A stretch of 63,725 nucleotides of DNA, filler included, from Basidioascus undulatus (Eukaryota), in NCBI GenBank assembly GCA_000826855.1. It is 8 parts of 8 records of this genome, joined end to end, with 100 filler letters (N's around TTAATTAATTAA, not from the genome) between each part and the next. Parts side by side here need not be neighbours in the genome. Positions count along the whole stretch, not along the records: positions 34,727 to 37,414 come from JTLS01002669.1; positions 37,515 to 60,938 come from JTLS01000267.1; 6 more parts are not named here. The stretch is one strand, 5' to 3'. The position numbers and the translations under genes were made by a program. Numbering within the stretch: the first letter of the stretch is position 1; each line of letters opens with the position of its first letter. Positions 34,727 to 47,737 of the stretch are shown piece after piece. The notes under the pieces were generated by a model. That model was not told where the DNA came from. It worked only from the letters and a program-made list of their open reading frames with translations, and made no database searches.

Positions 34727-37414
34727 TCCCTGCCCCTTCAACGCCTCTACCACCTTTTCCGCGCCCCCACTCCCGCCAAGGCGTCTTCTTCCTCTGCCCC
34801 CGCTGCCGCGCAGCCCAAGCGCAAACGCACGAACGTCGCGAGGGCGTGCGTGAATTGCCGGAGACGGTGCGTTGGGAGGAACGAGATGAAAGCAGAGGAG
34901 GGAGGCTGATGTGGGTTGTGGGATGGGGAATGGGGGGAGCAGGAAGACCAAGTGCGATGGGGTCCACCCGGAGTGTGGGACGTGCAAGTTGTACAAGGAC
35001 GAGGTGCGCGCTTTCATTCTCTCCGGATATACTCATGAAATGCAGAGTGTTTGGTGCGGTCGTCCTTCAGTGCGCGTACGGCGAGGACGATGATGGTCGG
35101 AAACCAGCTTCGCGTCAAGTACGTCTTCCTCTTCCCCTTCTCCCTTTCTCCCCTCCCAATCTTCTCCCCCCTCCCCTTCCCCCTCTCCTCCGCTCCCCCA
35201 TTCTCCCTCTCGAACTCACACCTGCTAAACCCCTCGCCCTACCCGCAGTACGTCGAAGCCCTCCGTTCTCGAATCAAAGCGCTCGAAGCGCTCCTCGAAG
35301 CCCGGGGGATCTCCACCTCCGCTGACTCTGCGTCCGGCGCCGCTGCCGCTGCCTCTGGTGGTGTTGGGGCTGGGCCAGAGACAGATGCTGGGACTGGAGG
35401 AGAGCAGGACGAGGCGGACTTAAGCTCGAGGGTTGGGAGGCTGCTCGTTCGTCCCTTTCCTCTCCTCCCTCTTCTCCGTCTTCCCTTCCTTCCCATTATC
35501 CCTCCCGATATTTGGTTGACGTGGAGGGACGATCCAGATGGAAGATGACACCGGCGACCTCCGTCTCTACGGCCCCACATCCGCGTTCCACCACCTGCCC
35601 GCGCCCGCACGTACCTCCCCCGCATCCCTCGCACCGCACTCCCCCGCCTCCCTCGCCTCCACCTCCTCCTCCCCGCCAGGCTTCCTGCCCCTGCACCACC
35701 TCTCTCCTCCCCCCCAGCCCGCCGCGGCGCAGTTCGAGTGGAACAGACACCTCCCCCCGGATGTGCCGCTCGATCTGGCCGAGCATGATTTGCTGCTGGA
35801 TCGGTTCTTTAGGTACTTTAGCGCGTGGGGGGAGAGGGTGGAGCCGCATCTGTTTTTAAGGGTGAGTCTGTCGTAGCGGAGGCGATGGAGGGTTGGAGGC
35901 TGATTTTAGTGGGGATAGGACATGCGCATTGCTTTGACGTCTTCCACCCCCGTACGGGTGCAACACTACTCTCCGATGCTGGTCCGTCCCTTCCCTTCCC
36001 CATCCTCTCCCTACCACACCCCATTCCCCATCCTCTCCCTACCACACCCCATTCCCCATCCTCCCTTCCCTCCCTCATTGCTCGCTCTGCTTTCCCCTTC
36101 CCTCTTCTTCCTTTCTTCATCCTTTGCCGACGACCGACGGACTGGGCTCCCCACAGCACAACGCCCTCCTCGCCCTCGCTTCCGCCTACTCGTCCTCTCC
36201 CTCCATCTCCTCCCCGCGCACGCGCATCGCCTTCGGGCAGCACGCGAAGCGCACGCTCGAGCAGGAGTGCGAGCGCCCCGCGCTCAGCACCGTGCAGGCG
36301 CTGGCGCTCCTGAGCTCTTACCACTCCACCCGCGCCGAGCATGGGCTGGGGTGGCTTTTTATGGGGATGGCCAATCGGACGGCCGAGAGCTGTGAGTTCC
36401 CCGCGGAAGAAGGGGGAAAAGGGGAGAGTGGGGGCTGATGAGATGGTGGGGTGCGGGGGCGCGGGATAGTGGGCTTAAACGTGGACTGCTCGCCGTGGGT
36501 GAGGAGCGGGGATATCTCGGAGAGGGACATGCTTGAGGTGCGTTTCTACATCCCCGTTCCCCTTCCCATCCTGTAGTTCCTAGCGATGGGAGATGGTGAT
36601 GGAACAGCGCAATACGACCTTCTGGACCGCGTACGTGCAGGACAAGCTGTGGTCGATCTATGTTGGGAGGACGGCGGGAATCAGCGAGTATACGTGCGTG
36701 TCTTCTTCCTCCTCCCTTCCTTCTTCTCTCTTCCTCTCCCTCGCATCTCCTCTTCTCTCTTCCTTGCCAAGTCCGGGCGGTTCAACTCGCTCTCGTGCAC
36801 AGGACTCCTCCCCCGCGCGTCGACCCCGAAACCGACGCGCTGCCCTGGACGTGGCCGGGTGACTCGCCCGGCCCAGACGGCGAGCCGCCGCGCAACCAGC
36901 CGGGCATGCTCAGCAGCGTGTTTGTGGAGACGGTTAAACTGAGCTTGATTGCGCAGCGGATCATGAACGTCGTGTGAGTTTTCACCCTCTACTCCACAAC
37001 TTCCATTTCAGCGTACTGTGTTAGAGAGAAGAGGAGAGTGCTTACGGGGCTTGGGGTGCCATGGCAGATACGGGCTGAGATCGGACCTGTCAGCGCTGGC
37101 GAAAGGTAACTACGTTAGTGAGATTGGGTGCGTTTTCGAGAACTTGATTTGGCGGAGGTTCGAGTATGCTGACGAGAGGAAATACCGATGCAGACTCCAG
37201 CTGGACGCGTGGCATGAGGCGCTGCCGTCCAAGCTCGTTCTCAGCTCGCACTCAACACGCAACGCGCTCCCACACGTCCTCATGCTCCACCTCGCCTTCT
37301 CCTGGCTCACGATCCTCCTCTTCCGCCCCTTCTACCGCGCGCTCTCCCCACTCCCACACCACCCCTCCACCTCCCCAAACAACTCCACCACCCCCTCCAC
37401 CCCCGCCGCGCACG
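34727..37414 (+). CDS. Zn(II)2Cys6 fungal transcription factor with fungal-specific TF domain (partial, both ends at gaps)
   Basis: Spliced RACVNCRRRKTKCDGVHPECGTCKLYKDECAY, then YVEALRSRIKALE, LRLYGPTSAF, LSTVQALALLS, GWLFMGMA.R and RNTTFWTAYVQDKLWSIYVGR. Confidence 0.95.
35995..36064 (+). repeat. Tandem ~28-nt repeat (about 2.5 copies) inside an intron
   Basis: TTCCCCATCCTCTCCCTACCACACCCCA repeated. Confidence 0.8.
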
Positions 37415-37559
37415 NNNNNNNNNNNNNNNNNNNNNNNNNNNNNNNNNNNNNNNNNNNNTTAATTAATTAANNNNNNNNNNNNNNNNNNNNNNNNNNNNNN
37501 NNNNNNNNNNNNNNATGGGGAGCGCTCAACAAGTGCATTTCGCACTTGAATGCATCCCC

Positions 37560-38765
37560 CACTCCCAAAGTCTGATCCTCCACCGCCACCTCCAACACCC
37601 GCCCTCACCCTTACCTAACCTCCCCATCTCCCAACACCCGACAAGTCCATCCCCCCCGGTCTAAAGTCAACCTCCGGATCCAGTTTCCGCATCCAGCGCC
37701 GAGCTGGGGTCGTCCGCCGCCGCAGCGCAACGGACGTGCCGCAGGGGACACTGGCGAAAGTGGTCCGTTAGGAGCGCGGGGTAAGGGGATGGTAAGGAAG
37801 GGTCGGAGGGAGGGGAGAGGGTCCGCCCCTGTAGTTGGGAGGTGTGTGGATCGTCGATGAAAACTGTGAGGCGGTAGTCGTCCTGTCAGAAGGTATTAGC
37901 GAGCTGTGAGTGCGCGCGGAGACCGGGGGAGGACGGGAAATTGTGCACCTCCGGATCGATCCAGAAGTCGTACGACTCAAAGTCGCGCGCGTACGGGAGG
38001 TAGAGCAGGAGCCTATTCGCGTGTGAGTTGATCGGGGGCGCCCCGTTTTCTGAAGGGGGGATGAGAGCGCTGTAGCGGGTGTTGAACTGTCGTCTCGGTC
38101 AGCTTACAGGGAGCAAGAGAACAGAGCAGGTGAGGTGAATCATACCTCCTCTTCATAAGCCAGAGGTATGACATGTACCGCCTCAAAATGGGTACACGGT
38201 TCCGCACGCCTCGTAGGGACTGGAAGACCAGAGACGCGGCATTTTGCATCCCGGACTCGAATGGAGGAGGTTAATGAGTCGGGCTGATATGAATAAGTCT
38301 GAGTGGGGAAATGGTCAAGGAAGAGGGAAGAAGTGTGTACGCACTGCTGCATGTGAGCGGGAGAATGTCGAGGGAGCTCGAGGGCGCGGACGCTCGGGGG
38401 TGAAGGTGATGGGCTGGTTGGCTAAGCGGGTTCATGTCAAAGTTGATTTCCTGAATCTAAGATGTGGACCTAAAGACGCACTGGAGGACAAGACGACATA
38501 ATCCCCAACCCCGACAGCCTCGTCCGAAGCTGTGATCGCAGACTCCCCCGCGTTAGCATCCGCTGAGCGGAAGATCATCACGTCCCCGTAGCACTCGAGC
38601 GCAACGGCCAGCCATGCAAAGGCTTTGCTCCAAGTGATGGGAAAAGTGGTTTATTGGAAAGAGCCTGAGATGTGAGCATCAGCATGCCGGGCATGAGAAT
38701 GCGTGTCACGACTGCGGACCTGCGACCTCTACACCGTCGGAGTTGTAAAAGTGTACGTTCGGCAT
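37560..38765 (-). pseudogene. Fungal HNH endonuclease (HNH_2-type) gene with an in-frame stop and eroded catalytic residues
   Basis: Spliced MPNVHFYNSDGVEVAG-SFQ* (TAA at 38651-38653), then IRVRDAKCRVSG..FEAVHVIPLAYEEE, INSHANRLLL....RDFESYDFWIDP and PALLTDHFRQ. Confidence 0.75.
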
Positions 38766-39062
38766 TCCATCGTCTTCAGAAAGGGAAGATAGTATGATGA
38801 TGATGGTGAAGGTCGAAGAGTGAGATGAACGAGACAGCAGAACGGGAAGTACATTCCTCGGCGCTGACGTATTCAGTACCTGTTGTCCGGCTATCCTTCA
38901 CTGTGTAAGACTCTTAAAAGGCCTTTTCCAAAAAGGAAAAAGTTTAAAGAGGGGTGCGACAGCCACGCAGCCAGTTTCATTTCTCGTAGGAGCGAGATTG
39001 CCCGTCGAGCTTCCACGTCGGCAGCGCGTCGCCGTCGCCCAGTCCGGTCCGGGGGCTTCCTT

Positions 39063-39112
39063 GAATCTCAACCACAACCACCTCGAATCTCAACCACAAC
39101 CACCTCAATCTC
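39063..39112 (+). repeat. Tandem 22-nt duplication upstream of the DNAJC3-like gene
   Basis: GAATCTCAACCACAACCACCTC x2 plus a partial copy. Confidence 0.85.
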
Positions 39113-39226
39113 GCACTCTTGCGCTCCATATTTTTTCTCACATTCTCCTCAGATCCTACACTCCTTCATCACTGTTTCCTTCCCTCGCCCACCGCTCCTC
39201 TACCCCCGCCAGGGCTCTCCGCCACC

Positions 39227-41355
39227 ATGCGGCTAGTCCCCGCAGCGACCGTGCTCGCGCTCCTCGCGCTCTCCACCACCACCACACTCGCAGAGCAACA
39301 GCCCCTCTCCCACCAGGCAGTGCTGGACCAGGCCAATGCCCAGTTCGCGCAGGGCAAGTTCGGCGATGCCGCGAACCTGTATACGCAGGCGATAGGTGCG
39401 TCGGTTCCGAGGACGAGGGGGACCGGGGAAGCTGATGGAGAGGGCTGGTGAGGGCGGCAGATCTCGATCCGACGAGCTACTTGCCGTATTATCGGCGGGC
39501 GACCGCGTACTTGAGTTTGGGGAGGAACGCGGCCGCTCTGAGCGACCTTGATGCAGTGCTCAAGCTGCAGCCTTCGCTTGACCAGGTGCGCTGCCATTAC
39601 CCTGCAAGCCACTTTCACCGGAGACTGAATTGAGGATGTGGGGATCCATACAGGCCCGCCTGCGCAAGGCGGAGCTCCTCGTGAAGGAAGGGTCGTTCAC
39701 GAAGGCGAGGGAGGAGCTGGACCTGTACCGGAAGAAGCATAAAGCGGACTCGAACGCCATCGAGCTGGTGCGTCCTTCCTTTCCCTTGATCCCTCGTCCT
39801 CCTCGGGATAGAAGCTGACTGGAAGGAGGTCGTCCTAATGCCCTAATGCGCTCCAGGACGCCAAGATCAAGGCGGCCGAGAAGCAGCTCGCGGCGGCGAA
39901 GAAGGCGCATAAGGCGGGCAATTTCGACGCCGCGCTCGAGAATGCCGCGGCTGTGTTGCAGGTCGCGCCGAACGCGCTAGACGTGCGCGAGATGCGCGTG
40001 GACTCCTTCTTGGCGCTTGGCGCGATTGAGGACGCCGTGGGCGACATGACGTGAGTCCAATATGCAGGATGGAAGCGAATACGGGAGACGCGGGAACGCT
40101 GACTTGCATTTTGGGGCAGCCGCATCGCGCACCTCCGCCCGTCCTCCCCCGCGCTGCTCCTCCGCCTCGCACATCTCTCCTACTTCCTCCTCTCCTCGTA
40201 CGACCCCGCCCTCTCGCAGATCAAGCAGTGTCTGCACTCCGACCCGGAGTCCAAGCCGTGCAAGCGCTTCTTCCGCCTCCTCAAGTCTCTCCAGAAGGAC
40301 CTCTCGAAGGCGCAGTCCTTCGTGGCCTCCCAGTCCTGGCGCGCCGCCGCGTCCGTCCTCGCGGGCAAGGGCGGCCTGACGGAGCGGGTTGACGAGGCGC
40401 TCGCGGCGGGGCAGCGCGCGGGGGAGTGGGGGCTGGGGGAGCCCCCGCTGCCGCCAGGGCTGGATGTCGAGAAGAACAGCGCGCTCAGGAGGGAGGTGTA
40501 TGCGCTCGCATGCAAGGCTTATGTCCAGCTCGGGACCGAGCCTGCTAAGGCGCAGAGGTTCTGCGACGTTACGCTCGTGCTCGACCCCGAGAACACAGAC
40601 GCGCTCGTGTCCCAGGCGGAGAGGATGCTGAAGGAGGAGAAGTACGAGGAGGCGGTTCGGACGCTCGAGAAGGCGTTCGAGGCGACCGGTCGCTCTTCCC
40701 AAGATGTGCGTCTTTCCTCTCTTCTTCCGGGCCTCTTACAAGCGCAGCTCACCCCTTTGCCCGCACCACAGATCGCCTCGCGCCTCCAGCGCGCTCAAAA
40801 GCTGCTGAAGCAGTCGCGCTCGAAGGACTACTACAAGGTGCTCGGCGTGCCGCGGGACGCGGACGAGCGCGCGATCAAGAAGGCGTTCCGCACGAAAGCG
40901 AAGGACGCGCACCCGGACAAGGGCGGGTCCGTCGAGCAGATGGAGCGCCTGAACGAGGCGTATGGCGTCCTTTCCGACCCCGAGCTCCGCAGGCGCTTCG
41001 ACGCGGGCGACGACCCCAACGACCCCGAGGCGGGCAGAGGCGGGCCGTGGCAGCACGGAGGTGGGGGGCAGGCGTACCAGGTGCGTCCGAGTCTTGCTGC
41101 TTCGCCATGCCTTTTTTCTCACTGGTTTCTGCGCGTATGGAAACAGTTCTTCCAGCAGAGCGGGTTTCCCGGAGGGTTCCCGGGTGGGTTCCAGTTCCCA
41201 GGCGGGGCGGGGTCGCCGTTCGGCCAGGGCGGCGGGCGGGGAGGACAGACGTTCCACTTCCAGGTCAGTCGTGTTTTGCGTTACCTATCTCGTCCCTTCT
41301 GCTTCTACTGCTCGTAGCTGACTTGATCTCGTCTGGCGCTGCGCAGTGGGGTTGA
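39227..41355 (+). CDS. ER-lumenal TPR + J-domain co-chaperone (DNAJC3/P58IPK/Jem1-like), multi-exon
   Basis: Signal peptide MRLVPAATVLALLAL, TPR repeats (DPTSYLPYYRRATAYLSLGR; IKQCLHSDPESKPC), J domain KDYYKVLGV..IKKAFR..AHPDKGGS..LNEAYGVLSDPELR and a G/F-rich tail. Confidence 0.93.
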
Positions 41356-41651
41356 AGGAGCGAATCAGCTGTGCGGCATTGGGAGATGCTCATCGGGTCT
41401 TCATTTCGTATTTCCTTTCTTTTCATTTTTCTTGCAAGCTCCCTTCACGTCGTCTGGTTTTCGCATGCATCGCATACCTCGCATGGATCCGCACCATTAA
41501 GCCCCCCGAGTTTGCCGATGATGAGGTGCACAATGTCACGTGGCTGGCTAGTCGGCGACCGATCGCCGGACTCCGCCGCATCGCGTCTTACTGCTTGCCT
41601 TCATACTTTGGTCTTTGCTCTCCGCTCTCCGGTTTCTTTTTCGAAAGAAGG

Positions 41652-43459
41652 ATGCCCCAATCCACGATACCCGCCTCCGTATCAACCGCCGCCGCCGCCG
41701 CTGTGCCCCAGGCGCGCTCGAAAGCTGGGCAGCAGCTTATTTCCGGCGCCGTCGTCCGTCTCCTCCCTTCCCACCTCCCCTGCGGCCTCTTCTCGACTCT
41801 CAGACCTTCAAGGGAATGCTCACCAATAGATAGCGGCTGCTTAACTGGCGGAACAGTCCGGGTTCGCAGCAGCGGTTGCGCTCCAGCCACTCGACGTGCT
41901 GAAGACGCGCCTGCAGCAGTCGGACTACTCAAAAAACAAGCGGAGGTGAGGAATGTGCGTTGGGCGGGAGGCTATTGGAGCGAGACGCTGAATTGGTCTG
42001 AGGGTGATGCGGGTGGATGGGGAACAGTATACTGTCGGTCGCAAAGGGCGTCGTGCAAGAGGATGGGGTCGTGGGACTGTGGAGGGGGACTGTCCCGACG
42101 CTGCTGAGGTGCGTGGACTGGACGCTGCTGGACTGTGCTGCACACGCCGTATTGGCTGACCGAGAGCTGGGTGTACTCCAGAAACGTCCCTGGCGTAGCA
42201 CTATGTTCGTACCAGTCCTCGTCTTACATCCGTCTGCGATCCTCCCTACCTGACGGCGACTGAACCGCGCTCTTCACACCCTCAAACGCAGACTTCACCT
42301 CCCTCCAGTCCCTGCGCTCCTACCTCTCCTCCGCCGGGTTCTTTCGCCCCACACCCTCACCGTCCCTTCGCCCACTCCCCACCGCCGCGCCCTCTTCCTC
42401 CTCCGAGCTTGCCAAGCTCTCCGCGCAAGGGAACCTCATCTCCGGCGCCCTCGCGCGCACCGCCGTAGGGTTCATCTTGAACCCGTTCACTGTCTGCAAA
42501 GCGCGCTTTGAGGTGCGCTCCTACTCTCCTCTCTTGTTGATTCATACCCCAATCCGCGCCCCACCAACGTCTTCTTCTCCGGGCTGTCCCTCGGCGGCTG
42601 ACATCGGCGTGCGGCGGGCCGGTCAGAGCAACGTCTACCACTACACCTCCCTCCCGCACGCATTCAAAGACATCGTCCGCGACGCCGGCTTCCGCGGGCT
42701 CTTCGCGGGCTTCACAGCCTCTGCGCTGCGCGACGCGCCCTATGCGGGCCTGTACGTCGTCATCTACGAGGCGGCGAAGGAGTACGGATGTGCGTACGCT
42801 TCGGCCAAGTTTCCGATGACTGCAGGGCTTGCATGATGGCTGATGAGATGGGCTGATTTGGGCGGGACAGCGGCGCTTGTTTGGAGGGGCGAGTCAGTAC
42901 CGCTGCCGGCTGTGCATAGCGCTTCGGGTAGGTTTAGGGTTTGCCCGATTGTGGAGCGAGATGAAGTCGCTCATTGCATGGGAATTTCAGGGATTGCCGC
43001 TGGGACGCTGGCTACCGTCGTAACACACCCGTGCGTCTTCCTTTCCGCCAGCGCTTTCTCTTTCGTCCGCAGACGCATTCGGGCTGACTTGACTCTTGCG
43101 GGGGACGCAGGTTCGACGTGATCAAAGTGCGCTCTGGTCGACACCGCCTTTCGGACCGGAAATCCGTATGCTGACTGCCGTATTCTCCACCGCCAGACCA
43201 AGATGCAGCTCTTCCCTCACGAATACCCTTCACTAACAAAGAGCACGCTCCAACTACTGCGGGTCCGTCCTTGACCTCTCATTACACACCTTCATCCCCC
43301 ACGCAATAGCCTTCTCCACAATCCACTAACTTACGCCCGCAGACATCCCCCCGCGTCCTCTGGGCGGGCAGCAGCATCCGCATCGCGCGCAAGGCGCTGT
43401 CCTCCGCGATCGGGTGGACGACCTTCGAGAGTCTCGTCCGATTGTTGAGGAGCTCCTAG
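41652..43459 (+). CDS. HEM25: Mitochondrial glycine carrier (SLC25A38/Hem25), multi-exon
   Basis: LQPLDVLKTRLQQ, GLWRGTVPTLLRNVPGVAL, GNLISGALART.VGFILNPFTVCKARFES, RDAPYAGLY, THPFDVIKT and RIARKALSSAIGWTTFE. Confidence 0.9.
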
Positions 43460-44046
43460 TGGTCGAGGGGAGAGGAGGTGTGAGAAGCGAGGGAAGAGAG
43501 GGATCAAGGGACATGGACTCTCTACTCTACTTGATTGTCCTATTTATTCGTTCGCTCGAGGCAGACGATGTAGAAGATCCACTTCATGCGTCTGCCGCCC
43601 CGCAGCGTGAGACCATGCCAGGAATGCCAGGAGCTGGGGAGAGACCTGTAAGCGACTCTGTTCAGGGCAATGTTGCCCTACATGCGTTTACAAGCTGCAT
43701 GTGTCACAGCGATGTCCTCGAGAACGCGAGCAGGCGGGATTGTTGCCGGTCTACGCTGCTGGTCGACGACAAGACCACGCGATAAGAGCCTTGCAACGCT
43801 GTTTGAAGCCAGAATTACCAAGGCGGGTCGTGAGCACCACCTTGTCCGTGCTACACTCACGTCACCCGACGTGCGCGACATCAGTGCTCCGAAACAGGCA
43901 GGCGCACACGCAGTTCGGTAAGACGCAAAGCACGGTGTATCGGATGCAAGCAACTCCACCTCCATCGTGAACTCGTTACAGAATCAAACTCGTGAAATAA
44001 AAGTCCCAAAAGTGAAGAAAATACAACAGAATAGACTCCAAGATCC

Positions 44047-46617
44047 TCAAGCTCCGTACGTGTTCGTGTTGTCGAGGTCGTCTCGGTCGTAGTGGGACGT
44101 GAGGTCCATCGTCTCGAGCGGGATGACGCTCGTCAGCTTGCAGATCTTGTTCCCGATGTAGAGGAGGAAGAAAAGGAGGAGGGTGATGTAAGACGCCATG
44201 AAGTCCGAGACGTTGAACTCGTAGAGGAAGCTCTGGAACTGAACCCCATGCAGCAACGCAAGTCAGCACCGTAGTCGACAACCGTTGAGAAAGTAGATTG
44301 AGACACACGCCATTGAAGAGCATGACGATGGGGAAGGTAATGACGCAGACCCAGGCCGCCCACGGCTGGAACCATGCGTGGAGGGGAAGCTGGTTGCGGT
44401 CCATGCCCTGAACCTTCATGGCCTTGTAGAAGCGGATGTAACAGATGGCGACGGTCGTCCAGCTGAACATCGAAGCGAGAGCTGTTGGAGAACTGGTAAG
44501 AAAGAGCTGAAAGATATTACAGTTTTGATAATTACTCGTGATGTTAGACAGCCAGTTGAACGCTTGTGCAGCGCCAGAAGAGACGTTGAGGAAGCTGTGT
44601 AGCGATGTCGGTAAGCTTGTTATCTGCGGTTCGGACCACGTCCGCAACTCACGCAAGAAGACCGAACAAGGAGCTGAAGCCTACGGAGTAGATAGGGACA
44701 CCGCCGACGGTCGTGCGGGCAAAGATCTTGGGCGCCTCGCCGTCCTTGGCCATGGTGTAGAGCGAACGGGACGCGGCGAAGAGGAACTCGTTGCCTGAGC
44801 GACGGCAGCGTCAGTAGACCCTTCGGACCTGTCGGTTTCAACTTCAGCGCAGCACTTACCAGACGAGAAAGCACTCGTAAGGACGACAGCGTTGATGATG
44901 TGAGGAAGGACCTTGATACTGGAAAGTGCCGGGAAGATCAGCAAGGAACTGAAGGAAGGTTGCGCGGGTCGGACTCACTTGGCGGCGTTGATCATGACGA
45001 CGAAAGGAGACTGCGCAGCCGTGCCAGATCCCTCCGAGATGGCACCGAGGAGCTCGGGACTCTTGGAGCTGACAGTCATGCCGAGAAGCCAGATGGAAAC
45101 CACGTAGAGCCCAACTGTAGGTGCCGTTCACAGCCTCGTCAGCGACAGTTCCAAAATGCGCTACGACGCCGACGCCTCAAAACTGGCTGCTAATTCTCCA
45201 GAACCCCCGGAGACCCAGAAGTTCAAAATCACTGGAAATGGGCTCACCGATACGGTAGAACACAGCACGGGTAGCGAGCGCCATGGTCTTCTTGGGGTTG
45301 CGAGCTTCAAGTGCAAGGGAGGCGAGGGACTCGATGCCACCGTACGAGAAGGCGGCCTGGGTTAGCACAGCCCTGTGATAGCGGTGAGCCAAAAGTTACA
45401 AGGGAATTTGAAGGACCGTGGACTCACCAGAAACCGAGGAAACGAGCCTTTGAGGCAGGCTTGAGGTTCTGGAACTCGCTGTTGAAGGGCTCCTCGCGCC
45501 AGTAGCGGAAGCCACGACGGTCCTTGTCGGGGCCACCGCCCAGGTCGATGACGAGAGCGAGGATGATTAAGCCAATGATAGTGACGATTTTCAAGCAGCT
45601 GAACCAGAACTCTGTAGGCGTTTCTGGTCAGTGACAGCTTGACACTCTTGCAGGGCCGATTGATGACGAACCGATCTCCCCGAAGCTGTGATCAGAGCGG
45701 TGTCAGTTGGCTATAGACCTTGGTGATCCCGGAGATGATGGCGTACTACTTGACACCGATTATGTTAATCAAAATCATGGCGAGGAGGAGAACGGCGACG
45801 TAAATGGCAAGATGGTTGTCGTTCGAGTCCCAGTACCTTGTAAACGTCGCCGCAATCAGTATGTACTGCAGCGTTTCACAAAGGCGAAGGCGAAACGTAC
45901 TGGATAAGAATGGAAGCCGCAACCACCTCTACCGCGAACGTGATCGAGCATTGCCACCAGAAGTTCCCTATAGAAGGTGGGCGTGAGAAGGGTGGCGGGC
46001 GACTGTCAGTGAATGATCTAGCGGCTCGGAGATGAAAGAAAACGTACATCCACTTGCGAACCCCAGTGCGGGGTCAACGTAACGGGTCGCAAAACCGATA
46101 AAACCACCCGCCGAAGGGTCGTGACAGACCATCTCGCCGAGACAGTACACTGTCGGTCGAGGTCAGAAGGGAGAGAAAGAGAACGGAACGTCAGTTGGCC
46201 GACTTTGCAGTTCTAGAGTAGCACGAGCGACGTACTCATCGCGCCAACCAAAATACCCATAAACAAGTATCCAATCACAGCACCAACCGGTCCACCGTTG
46301 GCGATCGCCTTTCCCGAGCCAACTGCAGTCCTCACAGGATCAGATCCATCCAGATGGCGTCAACAAAACGGACGACGTACGGAAAAGACCGGTACCGATG
46401 GTCCCGGCAATGGCGATCTGCATAATACAAGTCGATCAGGCTCTGAACAATGGTAAACATGAGAACAGGTGGCACGAACCATAGACACTTGTCGAGGCTT
46501 GATGTCGCGGTGGACTTCATTCTTCTCATGCACTTCTGTAACGTGGGTGACGGTGTTGAGGCCGTCGTCCTTGATGTACGACTTCTCGTCGCTGCGGGAT
46601 GGTAACGGGGCGGACAT
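44047..46617 (-). CDS. Amino-acid permease (APC/YAT family, Dip5/Put4-like), many introns
   Basis: HRDIKPRQVSMIAIAGTIGTGLF.GSG..IANGGPVG, LGEM..PSAGGFIGFATRYVDPALGFA, EFWFSCLKI, GFRYWREEPF, AAFSYGGIE, AQSPFVV and LPHIINAVVLTSAFSSGN. Confidence 0.95.
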
Positions 46618-47737
46618 GTCGAGCTGGTGAGGGGGAGAGTGTGCAGCAGTGGGAGGCGTATAGAGCTGCAGCCGTGGTGTTATATGGCAGGGAGGATCAG
46701 GCTGCTTACGTCGGAAGGAGCGAAGCAAGTAACAGGCGTGCTGCCTAGCCCAACGTCCAGATAAGGGTCTATTTCGTGCAAACGCTCAGTGGCTGACAGG
46801 AACACCCGCAACAGCCGACAATCAAAAGATTGGGAAGAAATTGGGCGCTGCCATTGGCTGGAAGCAAAACAGAGCGTCCAGGCCCCGCCACCGCCGACGG
46901 CCAGATCGCTTAAGGCCGCTTATCGCTGTGGCGGCTCGACCCGATTCTGACAGCAGCCTGACAGGCCACCACGCCAGCTCCTTATCGCCACACACTTGAA
47001 GTGGTTGCCTATGGTGGCGAACAGTGCAGAACAGGGATCACATCAGTGTGTTTCTTTGAGAAGATCGCTCCCACAACGTTCCTGTAGCAAGCACCTCAAA
47101 TCAACAGGAACGGGTGTGGTGTTTGGACTCCGTCGTCCTCGCATTGCCAGCGGTTGGAGTGGCTGTAGGCGAGGTTTTATAATTGTTTTGGGACCAAATA
47201 TCAGGATGGAAGACGATAAGCATACATGGTTTCCGTATTCAGATGTCGCCAAGACTCGCTCATGCGAGGGGGTTTGGACGTACAGACGAGTCGCTACGAG
47301 ACTCATGCTGCCCAATGGCGTCTCCGCGAGTCGCTCTCTTTATCAAAAGCTGATACTTGAAGCCTGATAAAGATTTTGGTAGGGTTTGACAGTCTCGAGC
47401 AAGAAGTGGTGAGTGTAGTTTAGAATCCTACTACTCATGCGCACACGCTCAATCGTGTTTGACGCTGTATATACTGTCCGGTTTCCCGAATCCTCACATG
47501 GACCGAGCAGTGTGAACATCGGGCAGCCAGTCATACTTACGAGATACAGCTCCAACTGGGACACTCGGTTTCAAGCAGAGCACAACTCCCCACACCCCCG
47601 GATCCCCGGGACCCCCGCCCACTCTTTCAACGAGTCCCTGCAGTCGTTGACCCACTCGTCACTACTCTGCCAGTCTCCCAGTCACTTTAGCCCCTTTCCC
47701 CTCTTTTGCGAGAACATCTCCAGATAAGTGGGCTCAC

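Noticed and set aside
26350..37414. Apparent cluster of SOF1, tRNAs, CSN7, kinesin/SOS7 and the Zn2Cys6 factor
   Set aside because: They lie on separate contigs joined artificially.
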